From positions 416,001 through 480,000 of the forward strand of contig OZ241986.1 of NCBI GenBank assembly GCA_965204375.1: DNA of 64,000 bases, written 5' to 3'. Made by a program: the position numbers and the translations under genes. This DNA is from Candidatus Latescibacterota bacterium (GTDB lineage: Bacteria; Latescibacterota; UBA2968). Shown here piece by piece: positions 1-9,723 of the stretch. The notes below the pieces were generated by a model. The model ran no database searches, was not told the origin of the DNA, and was given only the letters and a program-made list of their open reading frames with translations. The first letter of the stretch is position 1. The number at the start of each line of letters is the position of its first letter.

Positions 1-329
1 GACACTGGTATATTTGCGGCTGAGGCGCAGAATCCAGGATATCCTTGATGTCCTGCTATGGTGGAGACCGGGGCATCGTACTCAAAGCTTCATGGCCTTG
101 CTCAACGTATCTACGCTCAAAGAACATAAAATCAGTTACCGATTACCCGACAAGCTACACGCAGACGAGGCGAAGCCGTGGTGAGGTATGACGGTCTTTA
201 TCCACCAATATATAATGAGGGAAATCAGTTAAATATCTACTTTTGGCGGTGTCGATAGTGCCAGGCATTCGCCTCGGTGAACAACTCGTCTTCGCACTTA
301 ATCCGAAATGGTCGAAGGAGTGACTACTT

Positions 330-2612
330 TTGCAATTAGAACGCTACACCGATGCAGTTTTGCGCTATCGATGGTTGGTCGTTGCGCTCGCAACGCTGGT
401 CATGTTGGCTATTACGGCAGGTGTTCGCTTCATCACCGTTACGAATGATTACCGCATTCTGTTTGGCGAAGACAATCCGCAACTCGCCGCGTTCGACGCT
501 CTGGAGAACACGTATTCGGCCTCCAAAGCGGTACTGATTGCCGTTGCGCCGCGAGATGGCTCGGTGTTCACTCGCGAGGTGCTTGGCGCGGTTGAAGAAT
601 TGACCGAAGCCGCTTGGCGTGCGCCTTATTCCAGTCGCGTCAATTCCCTTACCAATTATACCCATAGCGAAGCACTCGATGACGATTTGGTTGTTGCTCC
701 GCTCGTCGATGACGCATCTTCACTGAGCGATGCCGATGTGGCGCGTATCGAAGAGAGCGCGCTGAATGCAATCGAAATTGTTGGGCGTCTGGTATCTCAT
801 GATGGGCGTACGGCAGGGGTGGCGATTAATTTTATCTTGCCCGAAAATGCGGATCAGGCAGTGGTCGAAATTACCGATTATCTCAATTCGGTTCTCAATC
901 AAGCCCGCAAGATCTACCCGAATATCGATTATTACCTGACCGGCGATGTCGTCATGGATCGGACTTTCGCCGATGTTACGAAGAACGACATGGAGACCCT
1001 GACGCCTATTGTGTTTCTCATCATTGTAGGTGCCACTATTATTCTCCTGCGCTCGATTCTCAGCACTTTGGCCATTGTCGCCGTGCTGGTATTTGTCATC
1101 AATACCACAATGGGATTCGCCGGGTGGAATAGCGTGGTATTCAGCCCCACCAATGCCGGCGTGCCGATTATCGTCATGGTGATCGCCATTGCTGATTCAA
1201 TACACATTGTCACGAGTGTTTTACTGGGTATGAGGCGCGGTCTGGACAGAAATGCGGCGATTGTCGAATCGATCCGCATCAATGCTTATCCGATATTTAT
1301 CACCTCGGTCACGACGGCGATTGGGTTCCTCAGTCTGAATGCTTCAGATTCGCCGCCTTTTCACGTTCTGGGCAATTACGTGGCATTTGGTGTATTATGT
1401 GCGCTTGTGTACACCATGACGCTATTGCCGGCATTGCTTTCGATTCTGCCGTTGCGCACCCCCCGTGTTCAGTCCGAGGGAACTGTCTTTTTTGATCGCT
1501 TTGCCGACTTTGTCATTGCCCGGCGCAAATTTTTGCTCTGGTTTGTCAGTCTGGTAGTCATTGTCCTGATAATCGGCGTTCACCGCATCGAACTGAGCGA
1601 TAATCTGGCGCAGTATTTTGATGATCGCTATGCGTTCCGGCGCGATACGGATTATATTATTGAAAACCTGACTGGTGTGGATAAGCTGGAATATTCGCTG
1701 AGTGCAGGGCGCGAAGGCGGCATTACCGATCCGGATTATCTGCGCCGAGTTGATGCTTTTGCCGAGTGGTATCGGACGCAACCCGAAGTGACCCATGTCC
1801 AGGCATTTTCGGATATTATGAAACGCCTTAACAAAAACATGCACGGCGACGATCCTGCCTTTTATCGCTTGCCCCAAGACCCGGGTCTCGCGGCGCAGTA
1901 TCTGTTGCTCTACGAGTTTTCGCTTCCGTTCGGCAGCGATCTCAATGACCGCATAGATGTCGCCAAATCCGCTACGCGTCTGAGTGTCGTGACCAGGAAT
2001 GCGTGGTCGCGAGATCTGCGTGAACTCGATAAGCGCGCACAGGTCTGGCTTCGCGCCAATGTACCCGATTTTGCAAACGAAGCATCGGGTCTGAGCATGA
2101 TCGCTGCCCATCTGACGCTGCGGAATATCAATAGCATGTTGCGCGGTACGATTACTGCGATGGCACTTATCTCGTTCATTTTGATCTGGATCTTCAAGAG
2201 TGTTCGGGTCGGTCTCCTCAGTCTTCTGCCCAACTTTATTCCCGCGATTATGAGCTTCGGTCTGTGGGGCTATCTCGTCGGCCATGTGGGCATTGCTTCT
2301 TCGGTGGTGATTGCCGTTGTTTTCGGAATTGTCGTGGATGATACGATTCATTTTCTGAGCAAATATCTGAAGGCCCGGCGCGAGGGTCTTCCCGCTCCCG
2401 AGGCCGTGCGCTATACCTTTCACACGGTGGGCCATGCGTTATGGACGACGACCGCAGTGTTGTCCGTGGGATTTCTTGTGTTCGCCACATCGGGATTTGA
2501 GGTGAGTTGGGCACTCGGTCTTTTGGTCACGATTACGATTGTCTTCGCGCTTGTTGCCGACTTTTTACTTCTTCCAACTCTGCTGATTGCCATTGATCGG
2601 AGAAATTCATGA
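330..2612 (+). CDS. MMPL/RND-family transporter (predicted lipid exporter)
   Basis: 760 aa; two repeats of TM + periplasmic loop + TM bundle; 'IAIADSIH' and 'GIVVDDTIHF' RND motifs; TTG start with GGAG upstream. Confidence 0.9.
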   Translation: MQLERYTDAVLRYRWLVVALATLVMLAITAGVRFITVTNDYRILFGEDNPQLAAFDALENTYSASKAVLIAVAPRDGSVFTREVLGAVEELTEAAWRAPYSSRVNSLTNYTHSEALDDDLVVAPLVDDASSLSDADVARIEESALNAIEIVGRLVSHDGRTAGVAINFILPENADQAVVEITDYLNSVLNQARKIYPNIDYYLTGDVVMDRTFADVTKNDMETLTPIVFLIIVGATIILLRSILSTLAIVAVLVFVINTTMGFAGWNSVVFSPTNAGVPIIVMVIAIADSIHIVTSVLLGMRRGLDRNAAIVESIRINAYPIFITSVTTAIGFLSLNASDSPPFHVLGNYVAFGVLCALVYTMTLLPALLSILPLRTPRVQSEGTVFFDRFADFVIARRKFLLWFVSLVVIVLIIGVHRIELSDNLAQYFDDRYAFRRDTDYIIENLTGVDKLEYSLSAGREGGITDPDYLRRVDAFAEWYRTQPEVTHVQAFSDIMKRLNKNMHGDDPAFYRLPQDPGLAAQYLLLYEFSLPFGSDLNDRIDVAKSATRLSVVTRNAWSRDLRELDKRAQVWLRANVPDFANEASGLSMIAAHLTLRNINSMLRGTITAMALISFILIWIFKSVRVGLLSLLPNFIPAIMSFGLWGYLVGHVGIASSVVIAVVFGIVVDDTIHFLSKYLKARREGLPAPEAVRYTFHTVGHALWTTTAVLSVGFLVFATSGFEVSWALGLLVTITIVFALVADFLLLPTLLIAIDRRNS

Positions 2613-3415
2613 TACCAGTTCGACCAATACATCTGCTTTTCGCGCTTTTTCCAATCATTTCGTTTTGTCTCGGTGTGCTACCTGCTCGTTCCGAAACTGC
2701 AGAGGAAACCGGGCTAAAAATTGCACAGGATTCTCAGGATCGCGAGAAGGGTTTTGGCAATTTTACGGCTCAGCAAACCATGGTGTTGCGCAACAAACAC
2801 GGGCAAGAGAGCCGGCGCCAACTCCGGGTAAAGGTTCTCGAAGTTTCCGAAGATGGCGACAAGAGCCTATTTGTATTTGACCAGCCGCGCGATGTCAAGG
2901 GAACGGCGTTGCTTATTCACGCTCATCGGGAAAGCGCGGATGACCAATGGCTTTATTTGCCCGCTCTGAAACGTGTCAAACGCATTAGTTCGTCGAATCA
3001 GTCCGGCTCTTTTATGGGAAGTGAATTTGCTTATGAGGACCTGACCCCTCAGGCTGTGGAGAAATTTACCTATCGTTACCTGCGCGACGAGGCATATGGC
3101 GATTTGACATGCACGGTTACAGAACGATTTCCCGTGGATAAGAAATCGGGCTATAGTCGCCAGGTGGTCTGGCGCGATAAGGATGAGTTACGCGTCTGGA
3201 AAGTAGAGTATTACGACCGCAAGAATTCACATCTGAAGACGCTTACTCTGGAGAATTACGCGCAGTACCTGGAGCGTTACTGGCGCGCTGGACAGATGAC
3301 GATGGTCAATCATTTGACCGGGAAAAGTACCGTTCTGACCTGGACAGATTTTGAGTTTCAGACTGATCTCAATGATCGCGATTTCACGCAGACCGGACTG
3401 AGACGGGTGCGTTGA
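2609..3415 (+). CDS. Outer membrane lipoprotein-sorting (LolA-like) protein
   Basis: Signal peptide; 'DDQWLYLPALKRVKRISS..SGSFMGSEFAYED' motif typical of this family; ATGA overlap with the MMPL gene. Confidence 0.85.
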   Translation: MIPVRPIHLLFALFPIISFCLGVLPARSETAEETGLKIAQDSQDREKGFGNFTAQQTMVLRNKHGQESRRQLRVKVLEVSEDGDKSLFVFDQPRDVKGTALLIHAHRESADDQWLYLPALKRVKRISSSNQSGSFMGSEFAYEDLTPQAVEKFTYRYLRDEAYGDLTCTVTERFPVDKKSGYSRQVVWRDKDELRVWKVEYYDRKNSHLKTLTLENYAQYLERYWRAGQMTMVNHLTGKSTVLTWTDFEFQTDLNDRDFTQTGLRRVR

Positions 3416-4683
3416 TGTTACTCCGTACCTCTTTTTGTTTTTTATATCTCGGCGCGGTCTGGATTTTGGCTCTGGTCTTTGCTGTTGGCGCACATGCCGA
3501 AATTGGGATTGACCGCGATTTTTCCGGGCGTTTGAATATCGAAAGCCGATGGTTTCCCCAGGCCGGTGCCTTTCCCGGCCAGAGGTCTCATGCCATCGGT
3601 TTTTTTGTGGAACCCAAACTCTATCTTGCAGATGCCAGGGGGCGAAGTTTCACGCTATCGTCGTTCTTTCGATACGATAACGCGGACTCACGCCGCACCC
3701 ATGCCGACCTGCGCGAAGCCTATTTTCTGCTATTCGGCGAAATCGGCGATGGTGAATGGGAGTTGCGCGTGGGTATTGACCAGGTCTTCTGGGGCGTTAC
3801 GGAATCGCAACATCTGGTCGATATTATCAATCAGATCGATCTGGTTGAACATCCAAATGGAGAGACAAAGCTGGGACAACCGATGGTCAATATCACCTAT
3901 TCCAGCGATTGGGGTATAGTGGAGTTTTTTGTTTTGCCGTATCACCGGGCGCGCACGTTTCCAGGCCAATCTGGCCGTTTGCGTCTCCCGCTTGTGGTGG
4001 GAGATGAGCCGGTCGAGTATGAGAGCGAGGCAAAGGCGTGGCACTTGGATTTCGCAGCCCGGTACAGTCAAAGTTTTGGGGTTGTCGATGTTGGTCTGAG
4101 TATGTTCAACGGTACCAATCGGGAGCCTTTTTTAATGCCGGGTGCGGATCATAGCGGTGCGCCGGTATTGGTTCAGCACTACGGCCAGATCCGCCAGTTT
4201 GGGCTGGATGCGCAGCTAACTATCGGCTCATGGTTGTTCAAGTTCGAGGCTATTCAGCGCGCGGGTGCTCGAAATCTGCTGGGTATGGAAGAAGATTATG
4301 TGGCTTCTGTTTTTGGCGGCGAATACACGTTTTATTCCGTATTTGGTTCGGCTGTTGATCTCAGCTTGCTCGGCGAATGGAATTACGACGGGCGGGGGCG
4401 CAATGCGACGCCGAGTCGCTCACCTAATACGCTCGAGAACGATTTCTTTTTTGCCACGCGCCTTGCGTTCAACGATGTTCAGAGTACTGAGATTGTCGCG
4501 AGTATTCTGGGGGATGCGGGCCGTTCTACACGCGCACTATCTGTCGAATTGTATCGGCGTATCTCTGACCAGTTGTCTGTGGACATAGAGGCGATTTATC
4601 TTCTCAGTATTGACCAGGCCGATATCCACTACGATACGCGACGCGATAGTTTTATTGATCTGAGTCTGATGTATAATTTTTAG
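3412..4683 (+). CDS. Putative outer-membrane beta-barrel protein (DUF1302-like)
   Basis: Signal peptide, amphipathic beta strands, 'DLREAY', C-terminal 'YNF'; overlaps the upstream stop. Confidence 0.7.
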   Translation: MMLLRTSFCFLYLGAVWILALVFAVGAHAEIGIDRDFSGRLNIESRWFPQAGAFPGQRSHAIGFFVEPKLYLADARGRSFTLSSFFRYDNADSRRTHADLREAYFLLFGEIGDGEWELRVGIDQVFWGVTESQHLVDIINQIDLVEHPNGETKLGQPMVNITYSSDWGIVEFFVLPYHRARTFPGQSGRLRLPLVVGDEPVEYESEAKAWHLDFAARYSQSFGVVDVGLSMFNGTNREPFLMPGADHSGAPVLVQHYGQIRQFGLDAQLTIGSWLFKFEAIQRAGARNLLGMEEDYVASVFGGEYTFYSVFGSAVDLSLLGEWNYDGRGRNATPSRSPNTLENDFFFATRLAFNDVQSTEIVASILGDAGRSTRALSVELYRRISDQLSVDIEAIYLLSIDQADIHYDTRRDSFIDLSLMYNF

Positions 4684-4708
4684 TTGTGCTCACTCTGATT
4701 AGAAAGAC

Positions 4709-4740
4709 AACCCCCCGTCCGGAATGCCCAGACGGGGGTT
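4709..4740. terminator. Hairpin between convergent genes, probable intrinsic terminator
   Basis: aaccccccgtc...gacgggggtt stem. Confidence 0.6.
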
Positions 4741-4767
4741 CTTGGGTTGTCTAAAGGGATAGATTGG

Positions 4768-6087
4768 TTACGTCACGACAGGTTCCATACCGGGTTCGCC
4801 CGCGTGGTAAGACGCCAGGCACCAGGGGTCCCGGGTTTCTTTGCGGAAGGCGCGAACTTTTTGTCGCATGGCTTCGGCGATGTCTTGAACGGCGGGATCG
4901 TCAATGACGTTGGTGGATTCCATGGGATCGTTTTCAATGTCGAAGAGAGCTTCGGCATCCTGGTGCAGAAAGTTTTCCGTGCGGCGTTTGCCCATTTCCA
5001 AATTTTCTCTGCGGATGGCCTGCCAGGTGGGCGATGCCCACAGGTCACTGGGCAAAGGGGTGGTGATTTCGGGATAGAGATTGCGCACGTACTTGTATTT
5101 GCGTCCGCGTAAAACTCGGTAGGGATAGTAGTTGGTGACTTCGTGAAAGGTGTGGGAAAAGAAGGTTTCGTCAAATCCCTCGGGATGTGCCTCGTCGAGG
5201 ATGGGGACGAGAGATTTTTCGGGCAAGCCTTCGGGGGGATCAACGCCGCACCATTCAAAGACGGTGGGGGCGATGTTGTTCCAGTTGACGAGGGCGTCGC
5301 TGACAACAGCTTCGGCATCTGGGCGCGCAATAATGAGCGGACAGTGGTGGCCCGTGTCAAAAGAAGAGGCTTTGCCGCCGGGAAAGGGCATGCCGTGATC
5401 GCTCATGACGATGATCATGGTGTCATCGGCTCGGCCAGCGTCTTGAAGTGCCTGCACGGCCATGCCAATGCCGGTGTCGAGACGTGAGACGGATTGGTAG
5501 TATTCGGCAAATTCTCGCCGCACGTCTGGATGGTCGGGCAAAAAATCGGGGACGATGACTTCTTCGGGGGTATATGTGACTTCGGGGACGCCGGGATAGG
5601 TTTGTTTGTTGCCGAAGTCGCGGTGGGGGTCTGAATAACCGACGTGGAGATAGAATGGCTGATCGTTGTCAATGGTTTCAAAGAATTTTGAGATGTTGTC
5701 TGCAATACCGCGCACATTGCGTCCGCCGCCAGTTTCATAGTTCCAGGGATAGACAGATTCGGGTTGTACGTGGAGTTTGCCGACAACGCCGGTGGTGAAT
5801 CCGGCGGATTGTAGGGTTTTGGGAATTGACGGCATGTTGAGTTGCGTATGGAAATTGTGGATGCTGTGCGAGTGGCCGTATTGTCCATGCGTGTGGCTGT
5901 AGTGTCCGGTGAGCAGGTTGGCGCGGCTGGCCGCACACGATGGGGTGGTGCAAAAGGCGTGCTTAAATAAGGTGCCTCGCGCGGCAAGTGCATCTACGCT
6001 GGGCATTTTGATAACATTATTGCCATAACATCCGGCAATGGGGCTCCAATCGTCGGCAATGAGTAAGAGGACGTTGCGGTAGGACAT
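4768..6087 (-). CDS. Sulfatase, N-sulfoglucosamine sulfohydrolase-like
   Basis: 'NVLLLIADD', 'PSCAASRANLLTG', 'VGKLHV', 'SDHG'; start re-assigned to MSYRNV (AAGGAG RBS). Confidence 0.85.
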   Translation of the reverse strand: MSYRNVLLLIADDWSPIAGCYGNNVIKMPSVDALAARGTLFKHAFCTTPSCAASRANLLTGHYSHTHGQYGHSHSIHNFHTQLNMPSIPKTLQSAGFTTGVVGKLHVQPESVYPWNYETGGGRNVRGIADNISKFFETIDNDQPFYLHVGYSDPHRDFGNKQTYPGVPEVTYTPEEVIVPDFLPDHPDVRREFAEYYQSVSRLDTGIGMAVQALQDAGRADDTMIIVMSDHGMPFPGGKASSFDTGHHCPLIIARPDAEAVVSDALVNWNNIAPTVFEWCGVDPPEGLPEKSLVPILDEAHPEGFDETFFSHTFHEVTNYYPYRVLRGRKYKYVRNLYPEITTPLPSDLWASPTWQAIRRENLEMGKRRTENFLHQDAEALFDIENDPMESTNVIDDPAVQDIAEAMRQKVRAFRKETRDPWCLASYHAGEPGMEPVVT

Positions 6088-6098
6088 AAGATCTCCTT

Positions 6099-7415
6099 TT
6101 AATTTCTTATTGAACTGTTGTCGCGTTTTCGCTCGTCGGCTATGTGTTCGAGCATTTGATGTACGCGGTCGAGTTGTGTGGATGCTACATTTGTGGTTTC
6201 GTAAGGATCGGAGCCGATGTGAAAGAGTCCGGTTTCTTCGGGGGTTTGGCCTTCTTCGTAGATCAATTTCCAATTGCCCGTTCGCATGCCAAAGGACGAT
6301 CCTTTAAAGTTCCAGAAGATAGATCGTTCTTCGGGTATCGCGATGTCGCCTGTGAGCAGGGGCCAGATGTCTTGACCATCCCATTGGGGATCGCTGTTGG
6401 GCGTGTACCCGATGAGATTGGTCAGGGTTGGCATCCAATCGGTTATATGCAGGGGATGAAGGCATTTGCCGGGTTGGAGATGAAAAGGCCAATTGATCAG
6501 GGATGGGGTGCGGATACCGCCTTCGTAGAGTTGAGATTTTTGACCTCGCAGGGGCAGGTTGCTGCCCAGGCGCGGCATGTCTTCGTGGCGACCCGGGTAT
6601 TTGTCCGTGTCGTGAAGGGGACCGGCAGGGATGGCGCCGTTGTCCGATGAGAAGATGATGATGGTATTTTCGCGCTGGCACAGGCGGGCAAGGGTTTCGA
6701 CGAGTTGGCCGATGGCGTGGTCCATCTGGCTGGCGTACGCGGCATAGGTTTTGTATGAGCGGTCTTTGTTGTCGTCGGGATCGTAGCGCCGATCTGAATA
6801 GCGGTCTATCCAGTGTTGTGGAGCTTTGATGGGGGTGTGAACAGCGGTGAAAGGGACATAGCAAAACCATGGGGCTGTTTGCGCTTCAATCCATTGGGTG
6901 GCTTCACGTGCGATGAGGTCGGTGACGTGGCCGCGCTCTTCGACGAGTTCGCCATTGCGGTGCCAGGTGACGCTGTAGGGTCCTGATTTGTAGCGATGGT
7001 TATACGGGTCAACGCCGCCGGCCAGGCTCCCATAGCTGGTATTGAAACCAAATTGGTTGGGACCGTATTCGGGAGAAGATCCCAAATGCCACTTTCCAAA
7101 GAGGCCGGTTTCGTAGCCCGCATTGCGGAAGGATGAGGCGAGTGTTTCGTACCCATCTGGGAGGACGGTGGCGTTGGATGGGACGGTGGCGTGGCGTCCA
7201 AAGCGGCCGGGATGGCGTCCCGTGAGCAGGCAGGTGCGGGTGGGAGTACACATGGGACAGACATAGTGCTGGTCGAGTTCGATTCCCGTGGCTGCGAGGC
7301 GGTCGATGTTGGGCGTGCGAATATGTGAGCCGTGATAGCTGACGTCGCCCCAACCCATGTCGTCGGCGAGGATAAAGAGGATATTGGGTTTTTCGATTTT
7401 TCCAGATTTTGTCAT
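6099..7415 (-). CDS. Arylsulfatase
   Basis: 'KPNILFILADDMGW', CTPTR (CxPxR formylglycine motif), 'GKWHLG', 'LYEGGIRTP'. Confidence 0.9.
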   Translation of the reverse strand: MTKSGKIEKPNILFILADDMGWGDVSYHGSHIRTPNIDRLAATGIELDQHYVCPMCTPTRTCLLTGRHPGRFGRHATVPSNATVLPDGYETLASSFRNAGYETGLFGKWHLGSSPEYGPNQFGFNTSYGSLAGGVDPYNHRYKSGPYSVTWHRNGELVEERGHVTDLIAREATQWIEAQTAPWFCYVPFTAVHTPIKAPQHWIDRYSDRRYDPDDNKDRSYKTYAAYASQMDHAIGQLVETLARLCQRENTIIIFSSDNGAIPAGPLHDTDKYPGRHEDMPRLGSNLPLRGQKSQLYEGGIRTPSLINWPFHLQPGKCLHPLHITDWMPTLTNLIGYTPNSDPQWDGQDIWPLLTGDIAIPEERSIFWNFKGSSFGMRTGNWKLIYEEGQTPEETGLFHIGSDPYETTNVASTQLDRVHQMLEHIADERKRDNSSIRN

Positions 7416-7437
7416 GTCGAGTATCCTGTTGAATAGT

Positions 7438-7845
7438 CTATAAAATCCACTGTCTGATTTTGCCGTTTTCCCTGTGTTTCGCATACCACAATAATAGGAT
7501 TATGATTGCGACACCTGTGCCATCCCATACCACATCAGTCCAGACGCCAGTGCGACTGGGTACAAAGGATTGATGGTATTCGTCCAATATTGCATAGAGA
7601 ATGGATATCAGGACGCTCCACAAGACACAGGAGGTAAATCGGTTCTTTGTCCATAGAGACCGAAAACACAAATAGGTCAGAATAGCATACTCTGCTATGT
7701 GTGCGAATTTGCGCGCCGCATGGTGTATTCGTTCATTGAAAAAGAAAATTTTTTCTGTATTTTCGAACGATAGCAGGCCACTTGAACCAAAAAAAATTAA
7801 GAGTAGCCAGACAAATAGGGCGATGCGCCAATGCGTTGTTGTCAT
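7438..7845 (-). CDS. VanZ family membrane protein
   Basis: 'RKFAHIAEYAIL' and 'DEYHQSFVPSRTG..DV..D' motifs. Confidence 0.85.
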   Translation of the reverse strand: MTTTHWRIALFVWLLLIFFGSSGLLSFENTEKIFFFNERIHHAARKFAHIAEYAILTYLCFRSLWTKNRFTSCVLWSVLISILYAILDEYHQSFVPSRTGVWTDVVWDGTGVAIIILLLWYAKHRENGKIRQWIL

Positions 7846-7858
7846 GATTTTTTCCACC

Positions 7859-8599
7859 CTACTGTGCTGTTTTGAGAGCTTGTATCGCGTCGTCGGTGGC
7901 GTCAATGACATGGGCGCCCGCGGGTACGATAAATTCAAACCATTTGTCTTTCAAATCTGGATTGATGGTCAAATTGTGAAAGGTCTGCGTGATGATCACA
8001 TTGTCTTCGGCATCAAAAAAGCCAATCCGGCGCAACAGGCCATCTTCGGGATTGATGAGTAATTGTGCTTTGACAGGGGGATTAGGCAGTTGTGCATGTA
8101 AGAGATTGACTTTGGTTTTGGCTTCAAAAACGCGGTGGGAGCGTTCCTCAAATATTTCGTCTGCGGTGTAGCGAATACTCGTCCATTCCAAACCTCTAAA
8201 GGGACGCAAGGGATCGGCCTGGTCTGCATCGGCTTCGAGGCTGGTTATGCGATAGACGCGCCCCAGGTTCACTTTGGAGACGATTTTTTCTTCGCGGTCA
8301 TAGGTCCACATCAATCCGCCATCAGACAAACGTTGTGAAATAATCACCTGATCTTGCACGGTGTCGAGACGCATCAGGTTGGGGCGCTTAAAGGTTGCGC
8401 TGGCATTGAGCGTCAGTTCTTGATCCATAACGCGAATGACGGTCGTTTGTTCGGTCTTGCAGGTGGCGATTTCTCTGGCATTTTTTTGAATTTCTACCAT
8501 TATTTCATCGGTTTTTCCATCTCCTGTTGACATTTTGTTTTCGTTTTCCGCGCTGACCTGAGTTGTGAGGATCAGCATTGCGATCACCCAGCGTTTCAT
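7859..8599 (-). CDS. LolA-like outer membrane lipoprotein carrier family protein
   Basis: Signal peptide MKRWVIAML; 'FKRPNLMR', 'SDGGLMWTYD', 'FEFIVPAGAHVID'; AAGGAG RBS. Confidence 0.7.
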   Translation of the reverse strand: MKRWVIAMLILTTQVSAENENKMSTGDGKTDEIMVEIQKNAREIATCKTEQTTVIRVMDQELTLNASATFKRPNLMRLDTVQDQVIISQRLSDGGLMWTYDREEKIVSKVNLGRVYRITSLEADADQADPLRPFRGLEWTSIRYTADEIFEERSHRVFEAKTKVNLLHAQLPNPPVKAQLLINPEDGLLRRIGFFDAEDNVIITQTFHNLTINPDLKDKWFEFIVPAGAHVIDATDDAIQALKTAQ

Positions 8600-8611
8600 A
8601 ACTTGCTCCTT

Positions 8612-9208
8612 ATGAGAAATTTTATTCTTCGCGCTCGCAAAGGTCCCACCACACCCGATTTTTCTCTGGACTATCTGAGCCGGGTTGGACGATTGGAGAT
8701 TGTGGCGCATTGTTTGGCCAATGCGCTTTTTTATTCTCAAAATATACGAACGAATACTGTTGTACATCTCGTCTTTGATGGGCCTTCGGATCCGCCAAAA
8801 ACCGTGCGGTTTGAGAGCGATCATTTAACCTATTTGGGTGGGTTTGATGAACGCACGCTGGCAGGGGCTGTACAAAAAGCACTATCTGCTGGCAAGGGTT
8901 TGTCACTGGGCGAAGAGCGGCAGGTTGATGACGGCCTGTTTGTGGCAAAAAAGGGATTTGAACGCGTTGTGCAAGATCGTACGGAATCGCTCTATGTACT
9001 CGAGCGCCGAGGTGTTGACATTCGCACGGTGACATTTCCTCAGGATGTAACTTTTGTTTTTTCAGATCATCTCACAATGCCAAAAAAAACGGCTAAGTAT
9101 TTGCGCCGCCTCGGTGCCAAGCCGATTTGCGTAGGTCCCAGGTTGTTGTTTGCCTCTCAGTGTATTGTGTTGCTACACAATGAGTTGGACCGGCAGGGTA
9201 TTTGGTAA
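8612..9208 (+). CDS. trmY: tRNA (pseudouridine(54)-N1)-methyltransferase (SPOUT)
   Basis: 'MRNFILRAR', 'GRLEIVAHC', 'FVFSDH', 'GPRLLFASQCIVLLHNELDR' typical of TrmY. Confidence 0.85.
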   Translation: MRNFILRARKGPTTPDFSLDYLSRVGRLEIVAHCLANALFYSQNIRTNTVVHLVFDGPSDPPKTVRFESDHLTYLGGFDERTLAGAVQKALSAGKGLSLGEERQVDDGLFVAKKGFERVVQDRTESLYVLERRGVDIRTVTFPQDVTFVFSDHLTMPKKTAKYLRRLGAKPICVGPRLLFASQCIVLLHNELDRQGIW

Positions 9209-9214
9209 AACGAT

Positions 9215-9712
9215 TTACTGGAAGAGTTTGAATGTCGCGCCGATGTGTCCGGAAAATCCGCTGACAACATCGTTTTGATCTTCGACAAATTTGATCCTGA
9301 CAAATAATCCGAGTTTTTCACCTATTGGAAATTTGTATCCCAATTCCCCACCTATAAAACGTCCAGAAGTTCCATCCGATATTACACGTCCAATACTCGG
9401 TCCAAAAAATAGCTTGTGGGATTCAAAGTCGCGCATGCCAATTGCATAATTGAGACTCGTGCCCAGGGTCTGCATCATCGGGCTGGCAAAACTTATGTCG
9501 TAAAACGGCGCAAATATGAATGGACCAGGCAGGTTGAGATGGACAGAGGCGTGCAGGGCGATCCCGCCGGCTGATTCAAAACGCTGGCGAATACTGTCGT
9601 TCCACATAAAGCCCCCACCCAGGTTTACGCCGTCGATAAATGCCGCATCGGCAGTGCTTATACCAGAAGACAACATACATAGCGCGAGACAAAAACTTTT
9701 TAGAATCTTCAT
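9215..9712 (-). CDS. Small outer-membrane beta-barrel hypothetical protein
   Basis: Signal peptide, alternating beta pattern, aromatic residue near the C-terminus; AAGGAG RBS. Confidence 0.6.
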   Translation of the reverse strand: MKILKSFCLALCMLSSGISTADAAFIDGVNLGGGFMWNDSIRQRFESAGGIALHASVHLNLPGPFIFAPFYDISFASPMMQTLGTSLNYAIGMRDFESHKLFFGPSIGRVISDGTSGRFIGGELGYKFPIGEKLGLFVRIKFVEDQNDVVSGFSGHIGATFKLFQ

Positions 9713-9723
9713 AAACTCTCCTT

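Noticed and set aside
2-184. 3' end of an upstream CDS in frame +2 (ends ...DEAKPW*)
   Set aside because: Open for 60 codons but with no recognisable motif; cannot be supported without upstream sequence.
1422-2435. Long antisense ORFs (337 aa here; also 14756-15610, 31760-32524, 35825-36529, 42656-43369, 58055-58801)
   Set aside because: They shadow well-supported genes on the opposite strand and have no recognisable motifs.
6088-6273. N-terminal extensions in the ORF track (sulfatases, LolA-like, nadA, prs, sugar-binding protein, 33239 ORF and others)
   Set aside because: They overlap neighbouring genes or promoters; downstream starts with an RBS and family-typical N-termini fit better.
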